IMG/VR virus record: IMGVR_UViG_3300032227_000277
Coordinates: 1 to 59,809 of that record
Origin: a virus
Lineage: Duplodnaviria; Caudoviricetes
Length of the DNA: 59,809 nt
Strand: one strand, 5' to 3'
The translations under genes and the position numbers were made by a program. Below are positions 27,201 through 36,570 of the stretch, in pieces (position 1 is the first letter of the stretch; each line of letters starts with the position of its first letter). The notes beneath the pieces were generated by a model, which was given only the letters and a program-made list of their open reading frames with translations, was not told the DNA's origin and ran no database searches.

Positions 27201-27547
27201 TGTAGTCCTTGTGAACCGGGATCGCCTTGAGGTCCAGCGGGTCCGAGTAACGCGAACGGACCATAGTCCGTGGTCGATGTGCTGATGGTCAAGTTGCCAT
27301 CACCGTCGTCTGTAATAGCGGTAATCGGAGTGGCGTTCGTGCCGGGAGCACCGGGAGCGCCGGGAGGACCAGCAGGTCCGTCAAGAGACGCAACCCACTG
27401 AGCTTCCGTCAGTATGGGATTATCCGCCGTCGTATCTCGGTAGGACTGGTAGGCAGACTTTCCTCTGCCCGTTTCCATGACAATCTCTCGCCCTTGAACA
27501 GTGAGCGTGATCAACCGTCCTTGAACAGTGAGAGTCGTGTTAGGCAT
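24221..27547 (-). CDS. Collagen-repeat tail fibre / receptor-binding protein
   Basis: G-X-Y runs alternating with a repeated ATPIT..DDG.GNLT..YGPFALKG module; YLPLAGG; DARLTDARTPTAHTH. Confidence 0.85.
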   Translation of the reverse strand: MPNTTLTVQGRLITLTVQGREIVMETGRGKSAYQSYRDTTADNPILTEAQWVASLDGPAGPPGAPGAPGTNATPITAITDDGDGNLTISTSTTDYGPFALLGPAGPQGDPGSQGLQGDPGPAGAEATPITIISDDGGGNLTISTQNSSYGPFALKGPAGSDGSQGPQGDPGPAGPEATPITSISNDGNGNLTIYTTSSSYGPFYLKGDSGSNGSDGENATPITNISDDGNGNLTIYTSSSSYGPFALKGPAGGQGAQGDPGPPGSNGQDGTDGTNATPITNVVDDGSGNLTFYTDLASYGPFALKGPTGNNGDPGPKGDTGDTGGTGPGFYWLNAYIPGNGYVPGAVVKGSDNNLYVATGSGELGDPTSSGGWDLYLPKGTTGDAGPKGDTGDTGPMPYNYRGAWDGYANYSLYDAVTHQGSLYWLPATGGWTVGGAPPGYNWELLVSKGDTGDTGKTAYQSYLDTTTDDPVLTEEEWSAGGGAGGDYLPLAGGIMDNGAEIAFDNYARIRQTPNDYGLDLVCSIDYVHRWRNGSLFILDQSNNIRSVQYGLTNNPTQYDDETVGYLVGSRFVKDDGTTFECANNAEDNAVWVDVTPLTEVEVTSTTATDITGLLKGNGSVVSAATAGTDYVATDDARLTDARTPTAHTHAGDTLGAVEKIQFDTTPTGVATTVGDLIWNVGEETLDLQLHGFTMHTGQHLIYHAQNNTGATIAKGTPVMFAGTTGNSGKLRIKPWDGIGPATLFMGITGEEFIQGHEGTVVAFGKVRGIQTNGGNYSQTWADETIIYAGTNSVKLTSVKPSAPNPIVEVMAVVSAHANNGTIFVRPNYFTADVFGPSSVVDNAIARFDGTTGKLIQTGGITIADGATGTLSGTNSGDVTLGGTPAYLTISGQVITRNQVSLTAASAHVTGTLPVANGGTGQIALSSIDAADFGSGAAADNYVLTADGAGGAAWEVASGGGGSAITEHYMRTDDFFDNTGTISNVTGLSCSVAINEKILIEIVGFRVGGAAGSGLQIAFTGPSSPTHVRYTLEHWNAVNTGRTVAAATAFNTTLTQADGSTDTLPFRATLTLINGSNPNTVQFRAASENSGTSITFLKGLTMRVHRIP
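26630..27340 (-). repeat. Five about 50-aa repeat units in the tail fibre
   Basis: ATPITxIxDDGxGNLTIxTxxxSYGPFALKG + collagen triplets, five times. Confidence 0.85.
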
Positions 27548-27548
27548 C

Positions 27549-27860
27549 TTAGACGGAAGGCTGAATTACCCACATCGGACCATCGGTGATGTTCACGCGT
27601 CCACTAGCGATCTCAGTGACCACCAGTTGTGACTCGTATCTACCGGGAGAGAAAATTTCGGGGTCGATTTCGATGTAGGCTTCTGCCTCATCACCGTCTA
27701 CCGCAAATTCCCAGTCAAGAACCTCCTCATACTCTGAGGGCGAGATCCGCCTACCAATTTTGTAGTGGACCTCATGCCCCTCAAAGGAGTCGGTATCAGT
27801 GAAAAGGAAGTGCTCCGTTTCACCGATATGGAGGTAGATGGACTGTGCTGGCGTTGGCAT
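27549..27860 (-). CDS. Small acidic virion protein (BppU/Ig-like adaptor)
   Basis: IGET..., PGRYESQLVV...ITDG pattern, upstream of fibre. Confidence 0.5.
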   Translation of the reverse strand: MPTPAQSIYLHIGETEHFLFTDTDSFEGHEVHYKIGRRISPSEYEEVLDWEFAVDGDEAEAYIEIDPEIFSPGRYESQLVVTEIASGRVNITDGPMWVIQPSV

Positions 27861-27861
27861 T

Positions 27862-27877
27862 TTGCACGCTCGTGCAA
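27862..27877. repeat. Dispersed palindrome copy 10
   Basis: TTGCACGCTCGTGCAA. Confidence 0.9.
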
Positions 27878-28270
27878 TTAGTTACGATTGAACAGTTCGG
27901 TCAGTTTGCGAAGTGCGGATTGCGCATTCGGACCAACCCAAGCATCAAGCGGACCTTGATACACACCCTGATCCTTGAGAATCGTAAGGGCTGCGTTGTT
28001 GTCCTTCGCGATAGCTCCCTTGACGAAGAAGTCGAGGATCATAACGATCATCGGAGCGACAGCCGCAACGAATCCAGCCTCACTGAGCACTGCGCCGGGA
28101 GGAAGGTTGAACAGAACGCCAAGGGCGATCTTCACGACCTCGGGAGCACCGGGGATGTAGGACGCGAGCATCGAGAAGAGGATGGCTGCGACCGTGGTGG
28201 AAATCTTCTTGAGAAATTTATCACCGAAAAAGAGACTGATGAATCGAGACTTGAGCTTTTCCATACGCAA
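27878..28270 (-). CDS. Membrane protein with C-terminal peptidoglycan-binding-like motif
   Basis: Hydrophobic helices; LKDQGVYQGPLDAWVGPNAQSAL resembles PG_binding_1. Confidence 0.55.
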   Translation of the reverse strand: MRMEKLKSRFISLFFGDKFLKKISTTVAAILFSMLASYIPGAPEVVKIALGVLFNLPPGAVLSEAGFVAAVAPMIVMILDFFVKGAIAKDNNAALTILKDQGVYQGPLDAWVGPNAQSALRKLTELFNRN

Positions 28271-28310
28271 TCCTACCTCAAGCTCTGGATTACGTCAACC
28301 GCACGTTGAT

Positions 28311-28796
28311 TCAATTTCCGCTAGTCAAATAAGCACTAGGTCTGAAAACCAAAGTATCGCGCTGGAAGTCTAGAATGGCGATGTGTGGGTCAAGCAGATC
28401 GGTGTAGGATTTTCGACTAGCGTCGTGCAGGACAATCACCCCGTCAGGAGTTAGCCGCAGCATCGCGGCAAAGCAGCACTCCACTCTCCTCCGCCCGTCT
28501 ACGAAAATCAGGTCGAAAGGCTGCGATTCCCTTAAAAGACATGTCGCGTAATCGCTCACTCGCCGCGCCACATTTTTTTCCAGTAGCGTCCACCTCGGGT
28601 CTGAAACCTCGCCCCGAATCTTTTCCGCCCACACCGCCTGATGCTCCACGCTAGTCAAGCTCTGAAGGCTAGGCGCATCGGAAAGTATCACATGCGTGGA
28701 AAGCCCCGGTCCCCACTCCCAAACTCGCTTCGCGGAAGTTTTACGCAGCCAATCCTGCAATACTGGAACAAAGCTAGTCATCACATGGTTGAGCAT
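28311..28796 (-). CDS. Class I SAM-dependent methyltransferase (glycan-type)
   Basis: VWEWGPGLST, SVEH, FDLIFVDG, GVIVLHD. Confidence 0.85.
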   Translation of the reverse strand: MLNHVMTSFVPVLQDWLRKTSAKRVWEWGPGLSTHVILSDAPSLQSLTSVEHQAVWAEKIRGEVSDPRWTLLEKNVARRVSDYATCLLRESQPFDLIFVDGRRRVECCFAAMLRLTPDGVIVLHDASRKSYTDLLDPHIAILDFQRDTLVFRPSAYLTSGN

Positions 28797-29673
28797 TGAA
28801 GCCTTTGGATGGCAGGAAGTCCGAGAAAAACTCCTCGTCAGACCGAACCTTCCTTGTGGCGAAATCAGCCACCTCCGCCAGCACAGCCTCCGTAGAGACA
28901 CGGGCTAGGCCGCGCTCCATCATCCAATGGTGGTGTGCATCCATCAAAGGCTTCCAGTGGTCCTCCCACGTTTGCTCGTTGAAGATGACCCTGTAGGAAT
29001 GCAGGATGTTGAAGAGCGGATGGATCGCCGCCACCGGATACCCGAAGCCGCACTTCACCTTACCCTTGTGCTTGTAGATGGTATCCCGATCCAAGATCAC
29101 CGGAACATCGCAGAACCACGCCTTGAGGATCAGACTCGGATCGTTATAGCCCCAGAAGTGATGATCGACCCAGCCCCCGATCTTTTCATACACCGTTCGC
29201 GGCATGATGAAAAAGCCTCCCCAGTTTCCACCGAGTCGTGTGTAGCGTTGCTCTGGGCGTCTATTCCATATATCAAACGCGATCAACTCACTTCCGACTC
29301 CCTTGCAGATGAAGTTTCGACTGTAGCCAGTGACCTCCCCCTTGCCGTGCAGAGACTGCATGGCTGGAACCATGATTGCCTGTCTACGCACGGCTTCTTC
29401 ACAGATGCCGCGTAGGTCGTCTATCCTCGTGTGAGCATCAGCGAAGACGATGACATCTCCCGTAGATCGTCGCGCTCCTAGATTTCGGCAAACACTTGGA
29501 CCTAGGCTTACGTCATGTCGGAAATGAACGGTTCGGGTATCCTCTGGGATTGGCGTATCAGATCCATCATCGAAGACCAGCACCTCATCAGCCCCAGCCG
29601 CGAGCATACTACTCACTGTCGCCTCAATCTCTGAGTGCTCATTCCTCGCTGGGTGAACTACTGAAATCCTCAT
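28774..29673 (-). CDS. Family 2 glycosyltransferase
   Basis: ISVVHPARNE, VFDDGS, RNLGA, VFADAH, WGYND; ATGA overlap at 29673. Confidence 0.9.
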   Translation of the reverse strand: MRISVVHPARNEHSEIEATVSSMLAAGADEVLVFDDGSDTPIPEDTRTVHFRHDVSLGPSVCRNLGARRSTGDVIVFADAHTRIDDLRGICEEAVRRQAIMVPAMQSLHGKGEVTGYSRNFICKGVGSELIAFDIWNRRPEQRYTRLGGNWGGFFIMPRTVYEKIGGWVDHHFWGYNDPSLILKAWFCDVPVILDRDTIYKHKGKVKCGFGYPVAAIHPLFNILHSYRVIFNEQTWEDHWKPLMDAHHHWMMERGLARVSTEAVLAEVADFATRKVRSDEEFFSDFLPSKGFNAQPCDD

Positions 29674-32600
29674 GGTGCATAGTAGTAGCATGTGATGTTT
29701 TGACCCTGATTGATATACCCATACGGAACAGTCACGTTGGTAGAGCCATACCCAAGATCTTCAGTGCTGTATGATGGCGTGTGGAGTTCACAATACCAGA
29801 CAGTAACCGTTGGGTCAGGAGACCCCGTAGGATCAGGGGAGGGCGACGGAGCATTGGGGTCGTAACAAGCCAAGTTCCCCTGACCGGAGTTCAGATATCC
29901 CTCGGGGATTGGAACACTTATTATCGGTCCATTTCCGCTGGCAGCCAATCCAACAGAGGCGCAAGTCCACAGCGATGGCTCAAGAGTTCCCGTAGGATTG
30001 GGAGTCGGCGTCGGATCAGGAGTCGGCGTCGGAACAGGGCAGGGCGCAAGGAGTTGAATCTGACCGTTAGGGGCGGCTTCCCAGTAAGTATCGCCATCAC
30101 TGAAGTAGCTCACTTCGCCGGGGACTGAGTTGGCTATCGTCGTCAGTCCTACGTTCGAATAAAGCGTGGCTCCTGTTCCAAGCGTTACGCCGAGACCATA
30201 GTAGTTACGCGCACCTACTGGATACGCAGAGCAAGCGACTGCTGGGCTGACACGACTCTCAGTGAGGTTGTAGCTGTAAACTGGAACAGGGCAGGATGCG
30301 ATAAGTGTAATCTGACCATTAGGTCCAGCTTCCCAGTAAGTAACACCGTTACTAAAATAGCTAATCTGACCGGGGACTGAGTTGGCGATTATGGTCAATC
30401 CCGCATCTGCATAAAGCGTGGACCCATTCGCAAGCGTTTCCACATTACTGTAGTAATCAGTCGCCCCTGTAGGATACGCAGAGCAGGAAACAGAGGGGCT
30501 GACCCGACTCTCAGTAAAGTTAAACGTGTATACCGTAAGCGGTGTGGGAGTTGGCGTTGGCGTCGGCGTTGGAGGTGGCGGCGTTGGAGTCGGCGGATAG
30601 TAATCCTCCAACCAATCTCTGACCACCCGCGTGAAGAAGGGCTGCGATGCAAACCGTATTGCAGGGGTCGGTGGCACTGGCAAGTATTCCCCTGCTAAGG
30701 TAGCCGTCACTACAGCGGGAGTTGTATAGGCTGGAAGCGTTGGGTAGATGTGGCCCTGCGGATACAGGTAGAGCGTTGGTTCAAGTGGGTCTGGCGAATA
30801 CCTATAAAAGGATATGTAAGTCAGCGCCTCTGGAACTACCTCCGTAATATCGTAAATAATCGCGAATGAAGTCGCGCTACGGGCTTCTACGGTCACGGTG
30901 TAGCCTTCATCTGCAAACACGCTTACTAGGTCGTCAAAAAAGTCCCCAACGGAAACTGGATTATAATTAGGAAACACATAATTCGTGACCACGTTATACA
31001 CGGGCGGATCACTCGCTTCGACTTGTGCGCCCCGAAGTTCCAGTTGGTCATACGGGCCATAGCTAAGGTTCGTCAGCGGCATGTATAAGAAGCTGAATGG
31101 ATTGGTCAGCGTTAGTGGCGATCCACCATAGTTTGGATCATTGGGTTTTGCCCACGGAGGTGCATTATACCCGCCCCAATCAACCAAGAACTCCCTAAAA
31201 TTACTATTGGTTGCACTGGTCGTGATCCGATAGTTAACATCTACTGAGTTCGTGTCACCCGCTATTTGCGTGTTGGCAAACGTGAGTTGCCACGGATCAG
31301 TAGAGGTGCTAGTCCGAGAAGACGTTCCAGCCGTCCCCGAGATAGCCCAAGCCGCACCATTCCAAGTGGCGGTAAAGGTTCTTTGTAGCAATAGCGAGTG
31401 GTTCGGACGACCGGACACTTGAATGCCTAGCGAAAGATCAAATAGCATTGGCGATCTATCAGTGCGAAAGCCAGTGAATTGAAAGCTACCGACCAATCCA
31501 GCCGTCATCCCACCACTAACCGAAACTGCATCAGACTTGGTTACTGAATCGTTGTCAGACTGTAATCCTAGAAGCGTAGTCGTTAAGACGGCGGTGGAGG
31601 TTTCCGAATAATTAGGTAATTGAACCGCGCTTACATAGTCTTCGTTTGTCGGCGGGTAGTTTCCCGGATCATAGTGAAAAGCAACCTCCCTAACGAGCAT
31701 TTCATCACTTTTAACACCTGATACGCCAATCACAAATGTGCCGACGTTTTCTGCGTATATCATAGTTAGCTGACCCGTAGTTCCCATGGTCGTAGTTTCT
31801 ATGATCGTATTCCATGCTGTTACAAAAGCAGCGAAAAATTGTGCGGGCGTTCCCTCTGCGTCTATTTCAAAAAAGTAGCTTCCTATGAGATTCCCATCTC
31901 CATCTTTAAGATACAGAGTCTTCTGACCAAAGTTGACTAAACTGTTTTCAATAAACAGATTACCAACCTCCATAGTCCCTCCCGAGCTTAATAACCACTG
32001 AAAGTCCAGTAGTCGCGTGCCATCTGTAGTGATCTGGTAAGCTACGTCGATTGAATTTGAATCTCCGGTCAGTGAGAGATTTTGCAGTGTCGCCGTCCAA
32101 GGTAGTTCAGCCGACCCTGAGTCCACCGATGCCCCCTCTAGTTCGGAGATTGACCATGTGCTACCGTCCCATCTGCCAAGAAAATTCCGATCCAACTGGA
32201 GGGTTTGGTTCGGGCGACCTGCCACCACAAGCCGCATGGACAGGGTAAAATCAGCAGGAGCTTTTGTCGTGTCGATGCCCGTAAACACTAGTGTCCCAGC
32301 AAGATCACCGGGTTCTATCTCGGCTTGAATCAGTGGGATGCTCGTGGTCTTGGTCTGATTGTAACGCCAGATCTCATCTGGATCAGACCCATCGTCTGGA
32401 ACAAGTGTTAGCTCTACGCTACCTACTGCTCGCACAGAAGTCTGGTTATCGTCTTCGTATGAAGAGAGCAGACTCCACTGCTCTCTAGTGATGGAAAGCG
32501 GGATTCTGTATCGGGTAGTATCCCCACTGCCAACGATTGTTCCCACGGCCTGTGTTAGCGTGATGATCTGCTCGGGTTCGAACTCTTTCAACGAGAACGA

Positions 32601-33065
32601 GATCCTAGCGACTTTGTTTTCCGCGTCTACGAGTCGAAGCTGTCCCCACTTTTTGAAGCCGATCAGCAGATTCAGTGCGTCACGCGTAAGTAGTGTGATT
32701 ACCGCGTCATCCTCCTGCTTTCCAACCTTTGGAATAGTGACCTCTCTCGTGACGAGATCAAAGTCAAGCTCAAGATCATTGCGTAACCCTGCGCCCACTG
32801 CCGCATCTTTAACCTCCCAAATGATAAACGCGGGTTCGGACTCCCCTAATGCGTTGGCTGCGATGATCATGGTTGTCGTCGTGCCTACGGCACTTGGAGT
32901 CCCCGTGATTCGCCCTGTCATAGGATCGATACTTATTCCAAAAGGGAGCGGCGCGGCGGCGTAGGCCGTCGGGGAATTAGTCGCCTGAATAGACAAAGTC
33001 GGAATCGCCTTATTTATAGCGATTACACGAGGGCTGACCGGGGCAGTTATGATCGGGGCTGGCAT
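29670..33065 (-). CDS. Large tail/baseplate adhesin (He_PIG Ig domain, internal repeats, Pro-Thr linkers)
   Basis: LPFGISIDPMTGRITGTP; duplicated 90-aa and 85-aa modules; (PT)n. Confidence 0.75.
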   Translation of the reverse strand: MPAPIITAPVSPRVIAINKAIPTLSIQATNSPTAYAAAPLPFGISIDPMTGRITGTPSAVGTTTTMIIAANALGESEPAFIIWEVKDAAVGAGLRNDLELDFDLVTREVTIPKVGKQEDDAVITLLTRDALNLLIGFKKWGQLRLVDAENKVARISFSLKEFEPEQIITLTQAVGTIVGSGDTTRYRIPLSITREQWSLLSSYEDDNQTSVRAVGSVELTLVPDDGSDPDEIWRYNQTKTTSIPLIQAEIEPGDLAGTLVFTGIDTTKAPADFTLSMRLVVAGRPNQTLQLDRNFLGRWDGSTWSISELEGASVDSGSAELPWTATLQNLSLTGDSNSIDVAYQITTDGTRLLDFQWLLSSGGTMEVGNLFIENSLVNFGQKTLYLKDGDGNLIGSYFFEIDAEGTPAQFFAAFVTAWNTIIETTTMGTTGQLTMIYAENVGTFVIGVSGVKSDEMLVREVAFHYDPGNYPPTNEDYVSAVQLPNYSETSTAVLTTTLLGLQSDNDSVTKSDAVSVSGGMTAGLVGSFQFTGFRTDRSPMLFDLSLGIQVSGRPNHSLLLQRTFTATWNGAAWAISGTAGTSSRTSTSTDPWQLTFANTQIAGDTNSVDVNYRITTSATNSNFREFLVDWGGYNAPPWAKPNDPNYGGSPLTLTNPFSFLYMPLTNLSYGPYDQLELRGAQVEASDPPVYNVVTNYVFPNYNPVSVGDFFDDLVSVFADEGYTVTVEARSATSFAIIYDITEVVPEALTYISFYRYSPDPLEPTLYLYPQGHIYPTLPAYTTPAVVTATLAGEYLPVPPTPAIRFASQPFFTRVVRDWLEDYYPPTPTPPPPTPTPTPTPTPLTVYTFNFTESRVSPSVSCSAYPTGATDYYSNVETLANGSTLYADAGLTIIANSVPGQISYFSNGVTYWEAGPNGQITLIASCPVPVYSYNLTESRVSPAVACSAYPVGARNYYGLGVTLGTGATLYSNVGLTTIANSVPGEVSYFSDGDTYWEAAPNGQIQLLAPCPVPTPTPDPTPTPNPTGTLEPSLWTCASVGLAASGNGPIISVPIPEGYLNSGQGNLACYDPNAPSPSPDPTGSPDPTVTVWYCELHTPSYSTEDLGYGSTNVTVPYGYINQGQNITCYYYAP

Positions 33066-33066
33066 G

Positions 33067-33801
33067 TCAGTCTGGGACTTGATCTCTAATCACTTCAACC
33101 TTGAACGGAACAGTAGTCAACCGTAATCCATTAGCAACAATCTCAATTTCTGTATTAGCGTAAACGCTTGTGCGCTCATCGTCTTCGTAGTTACTGAGGA
33201 CGCCCTGCCAGTTTTCTGGGCTGAACCAAATAGCAATTCGATATCTAGTCGTGTCCGCTGCCCCAACCTTCGTTGTAGGATTTCCATGTGCCAGCGTGAT
33301 AATAGCTTCGGGTTCGAACTCTTTCAACGCACACCTAACAGCTACACCCTGATTGGCTGGGTTCAAATCTTGAAGAACGCCATACTTCAGCAGACCAACG
33401 AGTAAGTAGAAGTAATCCCCCTTGCCGACACGGAAGACTGCACCGTCAGCAGACGTCGTAACCCCCGGTATACTCGCTTTCCGCGTGTGGAAGTCGATGT
33501 CCAACTCAAGGTCAGACCAAGTGCCACCACCGACTGCTGCTGCTTGCACATTCCAAAGTATTGACACCGAATTACCGCTACCGTCTCCGTTCGTAGCAGT
33601 AATCGTGGTAGTGGTCAGCCCCTCTATGGCTGGCGTCCCAGTGATCACACCCGTAGTGGTATCCACTGCTAGCCCAAGAGGAAGAGGTGACGCTGAATAA
33701 CTTGTAGGCGTGTTACTAGCTACGATCTGAAGCGGAGGAATCGCCACTCCGCGAGCGATTGTTCGTGGCGAGGCAGGTTGTGTTACTACTGGGGCTGGCA
33801 T
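33067..33801 (-). CDS. He_PIG Ig-domain virion protein, paralogue of the 29670..33065 N-terminus
   Basis: LPLGLAVDTTTGVITGTP; shared DLELD.D, LKEFEPE, DTTRYRI, LS.YEDD. Confidence 0.8.
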   Translation of the reverse strand: MPAPVVTQPASPRTIARGVAIPPLQIVASNTPTSYSASPLPLGLAVDTTTGVITGTPAIEGLTTTTITATNGDGSGNSVSILWNVQAAAVGGGTWSDLELDIDFHTRKASIPGVTTSADGAVFRVGKGDYFYLLVGLLKYGVLQDLNPANQGVAVRCALKEFEPEAIITLAHGNPTTKVGAADTTRYRIAIWFSPENWQGVLSNYEDDERTSVYANTEIEIVANGLRLTTVPFKVEVIRDQVPD

Positions 33802-33815
33802 GACCTATATGGGTT

Positions 33816-33831
33816 TTGCACGTTCGTGCAA
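33816..33831. repeat. Dispersed palindrome copy 11
   Basis: TTGCACGTTCGTGCAA. Confidence 0.9.
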
Positions 33832-36543
33832 TTACTTGACGATACCGAAGCCGAGTTCAAAGTCAGATCCTGACTCTGCGGTCTCGCGAGTTACATTCAG
33901 ACCACTGAGCATCAGCAATCCCTTGCTATCAGACTCACCGTCACTTGTATCGAATCTACGGAGAACTGCACGAACCGAGAAGTTCGCAGTGCGGGGAGGG
34001 ACAGCACCACTTTCCAGTGCTCCGTAGATGTATCGGAACGCAGTAAACACATCTGCCCCATCGACGGTCCTTCGGCTGATTTTCATGCCAAACTTGTGCG
34101 TAGTCGAGATGCTACTCAGATGGATGGCTTGCTCAAGGAACGGAAGTTTGCGCCAGACGATTTCTTCCAAGTTAGCCCCCTCGGTTCCAACTGTGGACAC
34201 TGACCTAGGCTCCCCGATCTCAAGCGCAATATGCCACATCGCATCGACATTGTTCTTTAGAAGCGCAGCTTCAAAAGAGAAAGCAAGGAATAGATTCTTC
34301 TTAGCCCGAAGTTGCTTATCGTTGAGATGGATCGTGAAGAGAGTGCGTTCGAAATGCGTTGGGTAGTAAGTAATCTCCTGCGGCACTACTACCGTGTGGA
34401 CGCCCGAACCGCCAGCACTGAAATTGACTGCTGACCCGCCAAGGCTTTCACTGACTTGGAACGTCTTGTTCACATAGTCAGGACTCAGAACGTAGTAAGT
34501 AGTCCCTGTAGCCAAACCGGAAGGAAGTGTCCCCGTGGTCTCAATTTCGATGGCTTGACCCGCGATGAATGGCTCCGCCAAACTACTGGAGAAAGTCAAA
34601 ATATCGGTAGTGCTGTTGAGGGTCACAACATACCCGTTATACCTTGCGTGCGGCGTGACTGGATACCAAGCACGACCGTCGCACGCAGCATACTCTCCGT
34701 CCTTGATAGTGACAGCTCGGTTTCCATATCCACCGGGAAGGATCACATCATCGTTTGTTCGATTTTCATAGACGTTCCCAACATACGATGGGCCGGGATC
34801 TGGAAGTGGGTTAGGCAGGGCAGAGGCAGTTGCATCGTGAACTGCGGGGAACAGTCCGCGCCCACGGTTGATGATGAGCTTGTCGTTCTCATCACGTTCG
34901 GACAGGTTGACCTCACTGATCAGACCCATGTCGGGTCGAGTGGGTTGAACGCGAGACGGGTAGAGTTCCCAGACAATCGGAAGCTGCCAGCGTGCTGCCT
35001 CTTCTCCATCACTTCCAGTCTCAGAGCTAGTTCCTCCACCAGTATTGACATTAAGTTGAGCGAAGCGTTGCTCAACACTGTCAATCCACTCTTGGAGACC
35101 TTCTACATCATTGATCACATGAGTGTGCTCATCGAAGAAACTGGTTTGTGCCAGACCAAGGATAGTCACGGTGTATTGATCCGCCAGCGGAACTCCGGTC
35201 AACCACGTTATCGTGACTTGGTCTGCACTATTGCGTGACCAAACATAGTCGGTCCCCTCGACCATCTTGTCGCCGGGAGTGGTGTTCTCCAAGATGATGA
35301 CATCAACGAACGGTGTATCAAGTCCGTGAGTAATCACGAAGGATGACACGGCTGCGTCTCCAATAGTGGTGGAGTAGTGGATCTGCCCGTTGCTGACTTG
35401 ATTGGGGGAGAAGACGTTGTAGTGAACCAGCGTAGGAGGGTTGAGCCAATCGACTTCCGGCGCAACTGCCAACTCGTCCCACTCCACCGCTTCTCTGAAT
35501 CCAACCTGTTGGCGAAGAACACAATGCCAACGGGAAATATTGGAATCTTCCAAGTCTTCCAAGTAGGCGTAGACTTCAAGGATGAGGATAACTTGGTTCG
35601 CCTCCATCATCAGTTCAGCCATTCCACGAGTCTTGGTCGAAAAGCTGATGACATGCTCTTCTGGGGGAGCGTCGAAGATTTCTACTTGAATCTCGTCTTG
35701 GTTGATCCCAAGCATATCCCCCTCGAAATAGATGTAGAGGTTGTTGTCAATCGGAAGCGTCACCGTAAAGGAGCCACCGGGATCTTTGAGAACGTCAATA
35801 GCTGAGGAAACGTCCTCCAAGGTCGAATCCTTGCTGAGAGGGTCCGTTCGGATCTCGCCCCGCTTCAGACGAAAAGTTCCAGTGAAGGAGGGTGGAACGA
35901 AGAGCTTTTGAATCTCCGACCACTTCACCTCATCAACCTCACCACCATCTCGGAGGGTCGTGATTTTAGGGAGCGGTCCAGTGCCAAGTTCAAACGTATT
36001 GGAATACCCCACGGGAGCCTTGACCAGACGGAACTCGTAGAAATACTTTCCGCCACGAAGGTATTCGCGAATGCGAAGAAACGCGCCGGGGAAGAGCGTG
36101 TTGTGAGTCACTTCAATAACCCGTTGGATAGCTGGGTTATCCAGAAAGCAGACGATGTAGGACTCAAATCGCTTCTCCACGGACACCTCAGTGATAGAAG
36201 CCAAGTCCTCGATTGCGTCCTTGAGGATGTTTTGGAAAAGGGTGGCGGGGGTCTCAGCATCCTCCTCAGAAGGATCAAAGGTAAAGAGTGCGGTCTCCTC
36301 TCCGCCAATCTCGATTTTGAGATCACCAGAGATGGGTCGAAGGTCAACCTCCCCCAATACTGCTTTCATCGCCGTGACCACGGGACGGATCTCATCAGAC
36401 GCGCCTTCGCGGCTCTGTTTGAACTTGACTCGAAAGGTAAGGTCTTCCCCAGCGACTAGTGTAGGAACTGCAATGCTGGAATTGTCTTGCAGCGAGGCAG
36501 TGAACCTCTTCGTGGATAGATCGTAGTAGCCGGAGATGTCCAT
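33832..36543 (-). CDS. Large minor tail/baseplate protein
   Basis: 903 aa in tail block; ITHGLDT, HTHVINDVEGLQ, LPSGLATGTTYYV virion-type motifs. Confidence 0.7.
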   Translation of the reverse strand: MDISGYYDLSTKRFTASLQDNSSIAVPTLVAGEDLTFRVKFKQSREGASDEIRPVVTAMKAVLGEVDLRPISGDLKIEIGGEETALFTFDPSEEDAETPATLFQNILKDAIEDLASITEVSVEKRFESYIVCFLDNPAIQRVIEVTHNTLFPGAFLRIREYLRGGKYFYEFRLVKAPVGYSNTFELGTGPLPKITTLRDGGEVDEVKWSEIQKLFVPPSFTGTFRLKRGEIRTDPLSKDSTLEDVSSAIDVLKDPGGSFTVTLPIDNNLYIYFEGDMLGINQDEIQVEIFDAPPEEHVISFSTKTRGMAELMMEANQVILILEVYAYLEDLEDSNISRWHCVLRQQVGFREAVEWDELAVAPEVDWLNPPTLVHYNVFSPNQVSNGQIHYSTTIGDAAVSSFVITHGLDTPFVDVIILENTTPGDKMVEGTDYVWSRNSADQVTITWLTGVPLADQYTVTILGLAQTSFFDEHTHVINDVEGLQEWIDSVEQRFAQLNVNTGGGTSSETGSDGEEAARWQLPIVWELYPSRVQPTRPDMGLISEVNLSERDENDKLIINRGRGLFPAVHDATASALPNPLPDPGPSYVGNVYENRTNDDVILPGGYGNRAVTIKDGEYAACDGRAWYPVTPHARYNGYVVTLNSTTDILTFSSSLAEPFIAGQAIEIETTGTLPSGLATGTTYYVLSPDYVNKTFQVSESLGGSAVNFSAGGSGVHTVVVPQEITYYPTHFERTLFTIHLNDKQLRAKKNLFLAFSFEAALLKNNVDAMWHIALEIGEPRSVSTVGTEGANLEEIVWRKLPFLEQAIHLSSISTTHKFGMKISRRTVDGADVFTAFRYIYGALESGAVPPRTANFSVRAVLRRFDTSDGESDSKGLLMLSGLNVTRETAESGSDFELGFGIVK

Positions 36544-36570
36544 AGTCTGTAGTTTAACATCGAGGGTGGC

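Noticed and set aside
30030-30535. Duplicated tail modules as a DGR template/variable pair
   Set aside because: Both copies are in-frame coding repeats, differences are not adenine-specific, and no reverse transcriptase is in the window.
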